Below are positions 53,566 to 63,863 of a stretch of 64,000 nt of DNA, one piece after another (within the stretch, counting starts at the first letter, position 1; every line of letters starts with the position of its first letter). This DNA is from Balanoglossus misakiensis (lineage: Eukaryota > Animalia > Hemichordata). The stretch is from positions 12,306,875 through 12,370,874 of the forward strand of contig CM082584.2 of the NCBI GenBank assembly GCA_040954595.2. Reading direction: 5' to 3'. The notes below the pieces were generated by a model, which saw only the letters and a program-made list of their open reading frames with translations, ran no database searches and was not told the origin of the DNA. Both the position numbers and the translations under genes were made by a program.

Positions 53566-56500
53566 ACAGTTCAGCTAATGTACGTAAACTTTCGCGCATT
53601 TGAAGGTTATGTGTGAGTTTCATTTACGGTTGATCAGGCGTATCGATTGTGTAATTTTCGGACCTCTCGGTGAATTTGATTTGCAATTAGAAATGTATCC
53701 GGGTGCCCTGTTCACCGCCGGGAGACTCATTATTCCAAAGCCACGAGGACACGATGGTCTTTCGCCCATCAATCACCGTGATGTCATTAGATTTTGTCAT
53801 ATTTAACTGGTATTGATGAGCTTGCACCAGCCCATTTGAGTAACCAAACAACAGTTTCAGTCTACAACAGACAGACAGACACATAGATGACATGATTCTT
53901 GTGGCATCTACATGCAGACAGTATTAGAAACATCTCACAGCCAGATTCATGTGAGAGACGATCGTTCTCCCAGACAGGTGTGCAACCAAAGAAAGCACAA
54001 ATCAACACGGTCAAATTTCTCTTAGTATTCACCGTCAGAACCCAAATCAAATTGTGAAAAAATGACGCAAGAATCTCCAGGATTTTAATGGGGAATATTC
54101 AAAATCACTGCACTGTGCAAATTACGTATTCATGACTCGTGTCGCAAATTGAAGGACCTACGTTATAACCCTGACCTACTGCAAAATGCATACAGTTCTA
54201 TAGGGCCGTACCTGCATTAGGTTAATCACCCATTCTGTGAAACGTTCTTTACAGACCACAGTAATAGGCGTCGAGGCTGCCGGGAAATTGTTAGTACAAG
54301 ATACCAATGTCAGTATTTTCAGCAGTAGCTCGAGGATTCCAAGACACTCCTCATAATCTTTCATTAAAATATAAAACTAATTATACAATAGGCATACTGG
54401 ATAAATTACTTACGTTTTGTTTTCCGAAAGGGATTACTGTTACAACGGCAAGAATGATTGTCAATCGCTTTGAGTAAATAATTCATTAAACTATGCCACT
54501 CCGCAGGCATTCCTGATCGAATTTTAATTATTAATGCAACTTGTTGCAGTCAAGCTCAAAGTCACGGGAAACGCTTAGGCAGTTTATGTTTCTCGGGGTC
54601 AAAGCTTATCTATTAATAATTTCTCGACCTGTAATTAGTATACAAATTGGCTTCTTGATAGGCAATCAATATCTATTATGTCTTCCTGCAGTGCTTTGCT
54701 GCTTTCTACGAAGAGAATTTCCTAGCCTCAGAAAGAAGGCCCCTTTCCGTCTGCCCTCAAGCTATACCTTGCAGAAAACTTTCGGGATTTCTTTATTTTG
54801 TTTCATATGGCCGCGCATTAGACTCACTGCGATAAATTAAGAGCAAGTATTCTCTGAGACGCTGATGGAGAAGAAGGGATTCCTGTTAAGCAGTGCCCAA
54901 TCTCACGTAAAATTGCTTTAAGTTACGTTCTTCCATTACGGCAGATCAAAGAAACGGTGAGGTTTACCGAAAATGCCTCGAAAGATGCTTGTGTCAGATA
55001 ATGTTTTTATCAGACCAAATGAGTTTGGTGCTCCATCGAGCATAAACCACGCCAATTCATGATTTTTACCAAGGCCCCTCCTTTGTGGAGATACCGGTGA
55101 CTCTCCCGGCCAACGACCTGTCGGTGCCACAGTGCGTAGCACTTCCTGTGACTGTTAAGAATTGTGTTCTTCGCAAAAAAGTGGCCTGTGGGCTTGATTC
55201 TGTTCACGGTCGATCCAAAAGTAGAACGAACACCAATGACAAAAAAGTGAAATTGAGACGGTGGGTTTTGCTTTAAAATGTGTTTCACCAACAGCAACAT
55301 TTGCAAAATTTCTTGAACATGCTGAATACTAGTCACGATCTGTCCTTTCAATTATGCTCGAACTGCGATAAAATCGGCAAAATTGTGTGGTAGTTCAAGC
55401 AAGAGAATCCACATTGGAAATCATCGGATCTGTGCGTAATTAATGTGCGTCGAAGTGTAGTTATCTGCCAGTAGCTGCTGTCCCAATGAAACCTTAAAAA
55501 CACGAGCGTGGTCTGAATTATCTACAGGCAGACAAAACAGGAAAGACATATTTGCATTGTCTATGAAGGTATTAATTGACCTAAGCATAGCTTCCTCGTT
55601 AGTAGCCCAGGCAACCGTTAGTGCACATCCAATCTGCTTGAAGTTTTCAGCATCGTTTTCTCTGTCCGGACTATATCACACAACGTCAATCATCACTGTT
55701 GTTGTTGGAAGCACATTCACTATTACATGTATACAAAAATGTATGGACTTCATGAATATTCACAGTTCGCCTTAGTGCGAAATTAGAACTCTGTCACTAT
55801 AAGTATAACTGACGACCGGCTAGGCAAGATTCTGCACTGACGATAGCACTTATAAGCAATCAATGATATCGTTCAATGATGGTCAGCGTATCTGTAATGG
55901 ATGCTGTGTAAATGTTAACTGAAGAAACATTGCAATCGTGATGGCGTTCAATGCTTACTTCTTTTGTGTTCCTTGGACTAGATCGCAGTCTGGGATCATA
56001 CTGTCAGACGACACCTCAAAACAGGCAAAACCCCATTATCCACTGCGAAGTTTTTTTTGGTATGCCGCAGACATACCACAGTAACTGGCGCTTTTTCAGC
56101 CGTTAAACAAATTGAGTGGCATTCCACTGAACTCCGGGTTTTCAATAGAAATGGAATAAGTACATTTGGTGTTTTATCAGCTTGAGCGGTAAGTACGGCG
56201 AATAAAAAGCAATGGGCTCCATATGCAGTCGGGGTGAAACAAATCAGAGTTATGTTCGTTTGATATGCAAGGCGAAATATTTAGGGTCTGTTTGATTGAA
56301 ATTGAATAAGAATCATAGTCATAATGCATTTATTAAGGGGCATATGTATGAGAATGTACAACTTTGACAAAGTCGGGCGACTAGGAAGCCCTCGGACGCG
56401 TAATGAACATATTCGATAAATCAAATTTGACATTAATTTGATGAAATTTGGATGAAAACCGCCGAGGGGCACGACCTCAAGGAAAATAAAAATGTATGAA

Positions 56501-58777
56501 AATTCAAAACCGCGAGCAAACGACGCCTTTACTGGATTCGTGTAGTTTATTAGCGCGTTTTATTGAATGGTAGCGATGCCTATATTTGTTTTGTTGCTGG
56601 GATTCTGTATTTGCGTTTTGAAACGACTGTTTGGAGTTTTACGAGTGCAAATATGGAGCAGCCATTTTTCATCATTGTTCAGTCGATTATTTCAGCTGTG
56701 TTACCCATGAGAACGATTCTCAGGCCCTGTTGTATGCAGCTACGGATAGCCGCGCCCCGCTGTATAATGAACGCGTTTGAAAGCGTCTCTGCTGTACATT
56801 TCGTTGGCGCCATTCTGCAATATTTGGAATCAATCAAACCCCTCGGCCAAAAATAATTCTCTGATTTTTTTCCATCTTTTCTGTTACCGGAATTCCCGTT
56901 CCACTTAACAATCTGTGGTACTCGACTGTTAAGAGTGCTCGTTTCAATGTGTATGTCAGAGACCAGAATGACACTGATTTCCATATTGGCCGAGATGAAC
57001 TCTAGATTTAGGTGAAAAGAACGTTTTAAGTTCAGGAAGCTGCAGTATGGTTGATTCCGAGCCAAGATGCAATCCAGGTCACTGCTAGTCGATGAACAGA
57101 TTCCAAGTTCAATAACCAAAACTCGTATTGTCGATGGAGCCGTGCTTTATCCACGTTAATAGGATGACCCTCCAGAGGGACTGTGGCCAAAGCTCGCCTT
57201 TTGGGAAATGTCGGAATGAAATCTAGCTCCTTGACTCTATAAGATAATACGTCGTGTGATTTTGCAACAAACAGGAATCGAGCGGGCGAACCACCTGGGA
57301 CTTGTGTTGTTACGCTGTAGCTTCATGCGGCGAATGAAGTCACTGAACAAAACCACATAGCAACAAGTCCCACTTCACAATTGTTTTGAACTTGACGATC
57401 ACGTGCTAAGGCCTCAGTAGACGTATCTTGTTTTCCACAAGTGTTTCATCACTTTACATGTATGTCTTCAGTTGTTCCTCACCGAAAGGTATGCTTTTGA
57501 AAAGAAATGTGTGACTGAGTTAATTTGGGAGTGCAAGAACTTTTCACATTTTCAACCGCACCCTGTGGGCTATAATAGTGTTGTCATTTTAGTTACACAC
57601 GACTGTGATGTTGTCAAACATGGCAGACTTATAAAATACGCCGTGTATCAATAAATCCGTTCATTAATAGCTGCCATGTTAAACTTGGATTTCCGAACAG
57701 CACGGTTTCCAATGCCCAATTCCCAAGCGACGCCCTCTGTAGACAATATGGCAATCGCACCCTAATTTCGGATCTGGTTTTTATGACCTTAACATAATGA
57801 CTTCAAACTTGAAACGACCACGTTTTACAACTTGACATGAAAAAGTACCCGTCTGGGGATTAATAAAGAAGAAAATCTATTATAAAATTTGAAATCAGAA
57901 GACTGAGAGTAGTCTCTAGTTACACGGGCAGATTTGTCTTCAGCTCAAACATATTCAGAATTTAGACTCATATATGTAATGATTGCTGTAACCAAACTGT
58001 GGGTGATTATATTTGCGTGCTCCTTTTATCGGAAAATTCATGAATACAAGGCCTGTTCTGACACAGCTACATCTAAAAATCTAAAACTCTGACATCTCAT
58101 GATTCTATTTTCACATCACATTTCATTGCCTTGGGACAATGTATATGATTAGTCATACTACCGAAATCCTCTAACATCATTTTTAGCCTTTATCAAGAAA
58201 AAGTGCGGTGATTGTATCGTCTCCATGCATAAAAAGTTCAATTTAGAATTCTGGAGGGCTCGGTCGTCCGGCGCACCTCGCTGCGCCGCGATAATTTAGA
58301 CTTGGGGCTTGAGAGGTTTCGTCTAATCCCTGCGTGACAAAGACTAACGATGATTGAAGAAATGAAGTTTGTCCGTCGTAGTAGTGTGGACCCAGAGACA
58401 CCTTGCTAGATAGGGAAATGGTATTTTACAGCGCATTGGGGAGTTGAATGTGCAAATGGACACAAAGTTGTCGTGCAAATGGGATGGTCTAGCACAGCCA
58501 AGTCATAAATTCTCCTAAGATCCAATTAGCCAACAGACGTTCACCTGATAGTTTCGATTAACGGGTCTGTAAAATTTCCCAAATGACTCCCGGTTATTTC
58601 GTGAGTTACCTGCACAACTAGCGGGAAGACAGGTGCTTTGTTTCGTGACGATTGATCAGGTCACCAGATCTTGTTCCGTTGTTTCAGGCAAAATGAATTC
58701 ATCCCTTGATGAACCTAGTCAACAGATCTCGGAACAAATTGCATCCTGTCTTGATTTCCACAGCATAGATAGTTTGA

Positions 58778-58833
58778 ATGATGATGACGACAACGATGAT
58801 CATAACAACCGTGTCGATGATGATGATGATGAT
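58778..58833. repeat. Imperfect (GAT)n microsatellite
   Basis: atgatgatgacgacaacgatgat... followed by (gat)6 at 58816-58833. Confidence 0.8.
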
Positions 58834-59362
58834 GTTGTTCACTCATCCGAATGTTATAATTTTTAGGTTTGAGTTGACACTCAAAATAAATCAAAACAAT
58901 TCCAAAAAAAGTTGAAGTTGAGGAGTGCGTTTATTTTTTATTTGGTTTTCATTTGTAAAGAAAATTAATTGAGCCAAACAAGTATGTACTGAGAGAGACA
59001 GAGAGACAGGTACATGGACAGAGTGAAACATGGGCATAGGTGGACTTTGCTATATTTAGTCACAGTGACACAATTTCTTGCTTTTCTAAATAACAAGTCC
59101 TAGTACCTCAGCAACGACAGACAATCCTTCCAAAGGAGGGCGCTTTATCATCATAAACGCGAACGAAAGTTCACAAACTTTTTCATGTTAGGTGGCGATA
59201 GTCATGATTTTGCATCAAAGAATGTTTGCTGGCTTATTAACATGCCGCAGCGCCCACACACGACTGAATCTAATTTCAGTCCGGAGAAATCACTGCTAGA
59301 ACTAAAGTAGGGTGGATAAGAGATGACACGGGGAAGTTGCGTTTTAAAAGTGAACACAGACC

Positions 59363-59368
59363 TTTATT
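59363..59368 (-). terminator. Candidate polyadenylation signal (AATAAA) for the peptide-precursor gene; alternatives at 58930-58942
   Basis: Minus-strand AATAAA about 530 nt after the stop codon; motif evidence only. Confidence 0.4.
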
Positions 59369-59897
59369 AATTCCTCGCTCATTTGCATATTTTGACAATA
59401 TACGCCTATAGTAATGGAATGCTATTCCGAATCAATGTTACAACTCAGCAAAAGTATAGTTACACAAGTTTATGTCAAGTGCTGAACAGATCCAGTCTGA
59501 AATGGAACATGCGTGTGGTATTTGCATACTGTACAAAATTCTGCTGATGGTCGTAGATACTGGCCGGAAGTGACAAAAAACTTCCCCATTTCAGACTTGA
59601 CGTGTGAGCACCAAGCGATATGTACATGCCTTTTACACCTCTTTGTACATGCGGAATGTTTATCACAAAAATGTACAGACTTGTCTCGACTACGAAATGA
59701 GTTAAAACGACACAGAAAGTAAAAGTAATCGACGAAAAACAAAAGTCCGAAATCATCCTTTTTTCAACTGGGTGGAAGTTTCTCAATTGCGCCGGAGTAC
59801 AATGCTACTGTGTTGTGTAAAAGTTCTCTGAATACGGTTAATAACGTGAAACGAAAAGGCCAGCCATAATTCCCGGGGGCTCTAGAAGGAAACAAAA

Positions 59898-60118
59898 TCA
59901 AATTTCCGCGTCAAAATTAGGAAGAATCTTGGCGTCTTCGGACATCAGATGTTGCAGGACGTCTGTGCGCATGCCCATGTCTTCGAGCTGAGCACAGCCA
60001 TCCAGGCATCTATCACTGAGGTTCTTACAGCTGGACAAGCAAACCGATTGGCCACCCTTTTCGTCGCACGAAGCTGCACATTCTTCGACGTCGCCAGTGC
60101 AAAGAAGTGTGTAGCAAT
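59898..60118 (-). CDS. Last coding exon, 73 aa, with 8-Cys domain C-x4-C-x6-C-x3-C-x8-C-x3-C-x6-C-x3-C and an acidic tail
   Basis: tctctctcaatctgtctcttag|ATTGCTAC...; the phase-1 frame gives DCYTLLCTGDVEECAASCDEKGGQSVCLSSCKNLSDRCLDGCAQLEDMGMRTDVLQHLMSEDAKILPNFDAEI-TGA. Confidence 0.87.
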
Positions 60119-63100
60119 CTAAGAGACAGATTGAGAGAGAGAGAGATCAATTTATATGTCATATACACAGGTTTTGTCGAGATGATGAAAACGTGGCTTT
60201 TAATGTCAACTTTAAATGAAACAAACATATGGAAATTATTCATCACCGTTCCACTTTCACTCGGCACAGAGTGACATCATACCACTTACCTAGAATAACC
60301 CCTGACCGTATTAGAGTTGTCCTGATGACTTCATCAGCTATAGGTGCGAAGGAAAAAATAAACGAAAGAATTAACAATTATAAATCCACCGCAATTAAAT
60401 ATTGAGACAGCAAAATAGCACTCTTGATTAACTTGAAAACTCAAACTGACAAAAATGTTGTGCAGTTTGTCCATCATCACTCAACTGAACAGCGCCGCCA
60501 TACATGTATCTTTAAAGGCATCATTACCTACGAGAATCCAGTTAATGTTCACTTGGGTGGCCACGCGGAAAAAAAGTGTGCCACCCTATGGTCATTAGAA
60601 ACATAGACGCATTGCCTATAATTAATGGAGTTTACCACTAGCTAGTGTGTCATAGAATCTAACACTTCACAGAATCACGTGACTGTATCTAACACCACCA
60701 AGACTTGACGCCATATAACACAGAAAGGAAAGAAAAAAGATTGGTCTTACTTAGAGCCCGTACCCTTGTCGGCATCTTTCTTCTCTACCCAGAACACTGC
60801 AATAGAAGACAACACAATGTAAACATCAGAATCCGTGTTTTTATTCAACTGATCAGATTAGTTATATGGGGGCGCCACACTGGCCTATATTGCCGATTAG
60901 GCATGTGTCATTTTATATCTGATCTCAAGTATTTCTTTGTCTCGAAGATGGATTTAAGTGTTTGTTCACTGTCATTCAAAGTAAATGGCACATTCAAAAT
61001 CTCAGTTATGAGGTAGGAGCTGTTCATGATTCCCTGTCCTATTTTTCAACGAATAGCCCTAGTGGTTTGAAATATAGTTGAGATATTACCTCTTTTATCC
61101 TTGTCATCTAGAAAGAAGAAAGAGAATAATGGATGAGTTCGAATTCTATTTCTTTCGTTTCCAGGCAAATCTCATGACATGCTATCAATATTTCCTTTAT
61201 CGGGCAGATGATTAACTGCTCTTTGACAAGTCTTATCCAACCTGTTTGCTTTTTGAATGTACATCATAATGAAGATTTACTGTATTTTTTTTAGATCTTC
61301 CTTTGGTGAAATTCATCAATTGCTTTGGTAAATGTTAGTGTTTCCGATTAACATGCTCTCTACGGGGCTGATACATGACAGCAGCGACAAAGCGTTTTCA
61401 ATAGAGTTCACAGAATGAATACAGTGGGGAGATAAATGATAAAATATGATGTTTGCTTAAACATCGTGGGCATCGTTAAAGACACTCAATATAATTTTTA
61501 TGGGTGCAGTTAAGTTGTAAAGCATAAATGGTGTTGCATAAATGAAATGGAAATTGAGGATTAGAGTAAGTGTTGTCTCACGAGACACCACATTTCATAT
61601 TAATCAGCTTTCTAGGAGAAACAAGATTATTATAATTTAAAGACACCTCCAAGAATGTAACTCAGACAACTTACCATCAGAGGCTTTTTTCTGCACCCAG
61701 AATACTTGAATTGGAAAAGAATTCAAAAATGTAGTTTAATTATGGGCATTATGGAGAAAGTAGGCTCAGTCTGTAATGAGCATTAATTTAAAACATCACC
61801 CATACCCTTGTGATTTCTGTTGTTATTCTAAAAAAAATTAAATTACTTAGTTTCGAGTTGAATCTCACAAAATTGAAGTTCATTATAGAGAATATGGTCA
61901 TTCAAATTCGTGGATTTGCCTGGAAATATTTTCTTTCGATATGATGTAATTAAGCCTAACTCCTAAATCATTGATGTTTGTCGTACCAAACTAGGTCGTC
62001 CAAACCATGCGAACACAGAACTAATTAGAAACTACCTGGGCGTAAACCCCGAACTGAATAACGGTATTAAATTATTAGATATGCAATTACAGAGTAATTA
62101 TTGTTCAATTTTAACATGTAAATTGTCCAACGCGGCCGAATATTATTTTAGCTTTGCAGAAGTGTTGGTCAAGTACATGAATAATGAACTACGTACCCCT
62201 TTTATCTTGGTCGCCTGAAATCAAGAAGAGCATTTAGTTATATTTGTGTAGAGAACGTGAGCGTGAGAGGATAGTTTGTACGGGTTAATGGAAACGAAAA
62301 TTTGATACACTGTAATTTAAATATTAGTAAATGAATGAATACTTTCATATTTTGATGGTAAAATTCTCTTACCTGTCGCGCTGGCATCTTTTTTGTCAAC
62401 CCAGAAAACTGCAATACGAAAGATAGAAAAACATTACTGTGGACTTTCTTTGGACCTACGCCTGTGGGACTTTCGTGTTTACACCCACACATCACTATGA
62501 GACAAATTCTAAACTGGTAATTTCTATCATCAGAAACTATTTAAAACTTACCTCTCTTGTCTTTGTCATCTGAAGATATTGATTATGTGTGGGAGAAAAA
62601 AAGAACAATGAGTGAATTTGGATTGTGAAATTAAATATGTGTAGAATTGATAATACCTTTACGTCTTAGTTTCTAGAATATGTGGACAGCTCATTGGTAT
62701 AAAAGATCATGCATTCATTCATTTATTCATTCATTCATTCATTAATCGGAGGGACTCTGGTATTTAAAATAAAACAACATACCTGCTTTCGCGTCTTTCT
62801 TGTCGACCCAGAAAACTGCCGATGAACAAAAACAAGGGCGATTAATAGTAATGCATCATTAATAGTTAAATATGTCTTCTCTATCACTCGCATAAAATCA
62901 CCCCACATGGCAATTTCTTTAGTTTGTTTTTATGTTTTATTGAATATAAAATAGTCAAATTAATATATAATTAACTAGAATGTCACCCTTACCTCTTTTC
63001 GCCGCATCTGATGCAAAACAAAACAAAGATAAGTAAAAAGATATTTATTAATTCATTCATACAGTTTGATATTCGTAGCATTAAATACATGGGGTTAAGC

Positions 63101-63863
63101 CTTATATGGTAAAATTCCAGGGGGTAACTTCCCTAGAAACACATCGAGATAATAAAACAACTCACCCAAATCCCCGTAGAGACCATTGTCTTTCTTTTCA
63201 ACCCAAAACACTGAAACGATTAACAGAGAGAAATGTGAAAACTTGTTGCCAGTTTACATATCATGAATGAAACAATTATCAAAATGAACATAGAGTAAAT
63301 TCACACAAAGTGTGAAGATTTGAAAAACATTCAACAAAGTTTGTTGTTCTGGTAGTATATGCTGGTAGATAGATTTCAAGTTGGTGGCATTTACAAGTGA
63401 TTTCTATGTAACACATACCTCTTTTGTCTAAATCTTCAGCTGGTGCTATGGACCGAATAAAAGAACAGAGAGACATCATGTAAATACCAATTCAAATAAA
63501 AGCGCATTTTTGATAGGCAAGGCTTGTGAATATATAGGTACGCGGATATGATACATGCATGTAAATACATAAAATATGTAGTTCTAGTAGACGTACCATT
63601 TTTCTTGTCCACCCAAAATACTGGAGAAGAAAATGAAAGGCAAGTTGAGTAAAGTAACAGTCATCGATTCATGGCTTTTTATGTACGGAGAAATACTATG
63701 GGATTTTTTCTGAAAGGGCGCCACCATCAGGCCATGTTGCCACGAAGCTTGCATATATAGATAGATTATCCACTGAAATATTTTACATAGTCTTAAGACG
63801 ACAGCAATCTGTTTTAAAAACTTAGATCCGGACAAGTCTTACCTCTCTTTTCGTCGGCATTTT
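59898..63863 (-). CDS. Partial (5'-truncated) 14-exon gene for a repetitive prohormone/neuropeptide-like precursor: six KR-VFWV[D/E/Q]-KK units plus a C-terminal 8-Cys domain. Exons in transcript order: 63843-63863, 63597-63620, 63419-63445, 63166-63210, 62993-63007, 62783-62815, 62552-62569, 62373-62408, 62197-62214, 61675-61704, 61090-61107, 60764-60796, 60290-60337, 59898-60118
   Basis: Every internal exon is bounded by AG/GT on the minus strand, is a multiple of 3 long and is phase 1-1. Joined, they give an open 587-nt frame ending in TGA (59898-59900). The peptide motif repeats with synonymous codon variation and has dibasic flanks and acidic spacers. The function is inferred. Confidence 0.9.
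60290..60337 (-). CDS. Exon (48 nt), linker ADEVIRTTLIRSGVIL
   Basis: ttttttccttcgcacctatag|CTGATG...ATTCTAG|gtaagt; strong splice sites, phase 1-1, keeps the frame into the Cys exon. Confidence 0.8.
60764..60796 (-). CDS. Microexon (33 nt), peptide VFWVEKKDADK
   Basis: cttctattgcag|TGTTCTGGGTAGAGAAGAAAGATGCCGACAAGG|gtacgg; a competing donor lies 13 nt downstream. Confidence 0.85.
61090..61107 (-). CDS. Microexon (18 nt), spacer DDKDKR
   Basis: ttcttctttctag|ATGACAAGGATAAAAGAG|gtaat; same peptide as 62552-62569 with three synonymous differences. Confidence 0.88.
61675..61704 (-). CDS. Microexon (30 nt), peptide VFWVQKKASD
   Basis: cttttccaattcaag|TATTCTGGGTGCAGAAAAAAGCCTCTGATG|gtaagt; acceptor is AAG rather than YAG. 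Confidence 0.85.
62197..62214 (-). CDS. Microexon (18 nt), spacer GDQDKR
   Basis: ctcttcttgatttcag|GCGACCAAGATAAAAGGG|gtacgt. Confidence 0.85.
62373..62408 (-). CDS. Microexon (36 nt), peptide VFWVDKKDASAT
   Basis: tctttcgtattgcag|TTTTCTGGGTTGACAAAAAAGATGCCAGCGCGACAG|gtaag. Confidence 0.9.
62552..62569 (-). CDS. Microexon (18 nt), spacer DDKDKR
   Basis: atatcttcag|ATGACAAAGACAAGAGAG|gtaagt. Confidence 0.88.
62712..62743. repeat. (CATT)n microsatellite within an intron
   Basis: cattcattcatttattcattcattcattcatt. Confidence 0.85.
62783..62815 (-). CDS. Microexon (33 nt), peptide VFWVDKKDAKA
   Basis: tttttgttcatcggcag|TTTTCTGGGTCGACAAGAAAGACGCGAAAGCAG|gtatgt. Confidence 0.9.
62993..63007 (-). 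CDS. Microexon (15 nt), spacer DAAKR
   Basis: gttttgttttgcatcag|ATGCGGCGAAAAGAG|gtaag. Confidence 0.85.
63166..63210 (-). CDS. Microexon (45 nt), peptide VFWVEKKDNGLYGDL
   Basis: cgtttcag|TGTTTTGGGTTGAAAAGAAAGACAATGGTCTCTACGGGGATTTGG|gtgagt. Confidence 0.9.
63419..63445 (-). CDS. Microexon (27 nt), spacer APAEDLDKR
   Basis: ttttattcggtccatag|CACCAGCTGAAGATTTAGACAAAAGAG|gtatgt; an internal CAG could give a 21-nt in-frame variant. Confidence 0.85.
63597..63620 (-). CDS. Microexon (24 nt), peptide VFWVDKKN
   Basis: ttttcttctccag|TATTTTGGGTGGACAAGAAAAATG|gtacgt. Confidence 0.9.
63843..63863 (-). CDS. Microexon (21 nt), spacer (E)NADEKR
   Basis: tttatttgtag|AAAATGCCGACGAAAAGAGAG|gtaag. Confidence 0.85.

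Noticed and set aside
58633-58866. ORF with a poly-Asp tract
   Set aside because: Translation of a (GAT)n microsatellite; no exon context found.
60025-60267. ORF-track 80-aa minus-strand ORF overlapping the last exon
   Set aside because: Wrong frame and starts within an intron; the spliced phase-1 frame gives the ordered 8-Cys domain.
62036-62053. An 18-nt AG/GT-bounded minus-strand segment (TTCGGGGTTTACGCCCAG, VRGLRP) that would fit in frame in the microexon array
   Set aside because: Weak donor (gtagtt) and poor pyrimidine tract. It would break the strict alternation and separate KR from VFWVQ. Left out of the model, though RNA-seq could test it.
62464-62476. 13-nt match to miR-278 (GTGGGACTTTCGT)
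   Set aside because: Seed region mismatched and no hairpin partner.
60764-63620. Similarity of FW..K to the somatostatin/urotensin-II FWK core or to Wamide peptides
   Set aside because: No flanking Cys pair, W is not followed by K, and there is no amidation Gly; no family assignment is supportable.
60764-63863. Regularly spaced short repeats read as a CRISPR array or satellite
   Set aside because: The repeats vary at third codon positions, are bounded by splice sites and are hundreds of bp apart; they are coding exons in a eukaryote.
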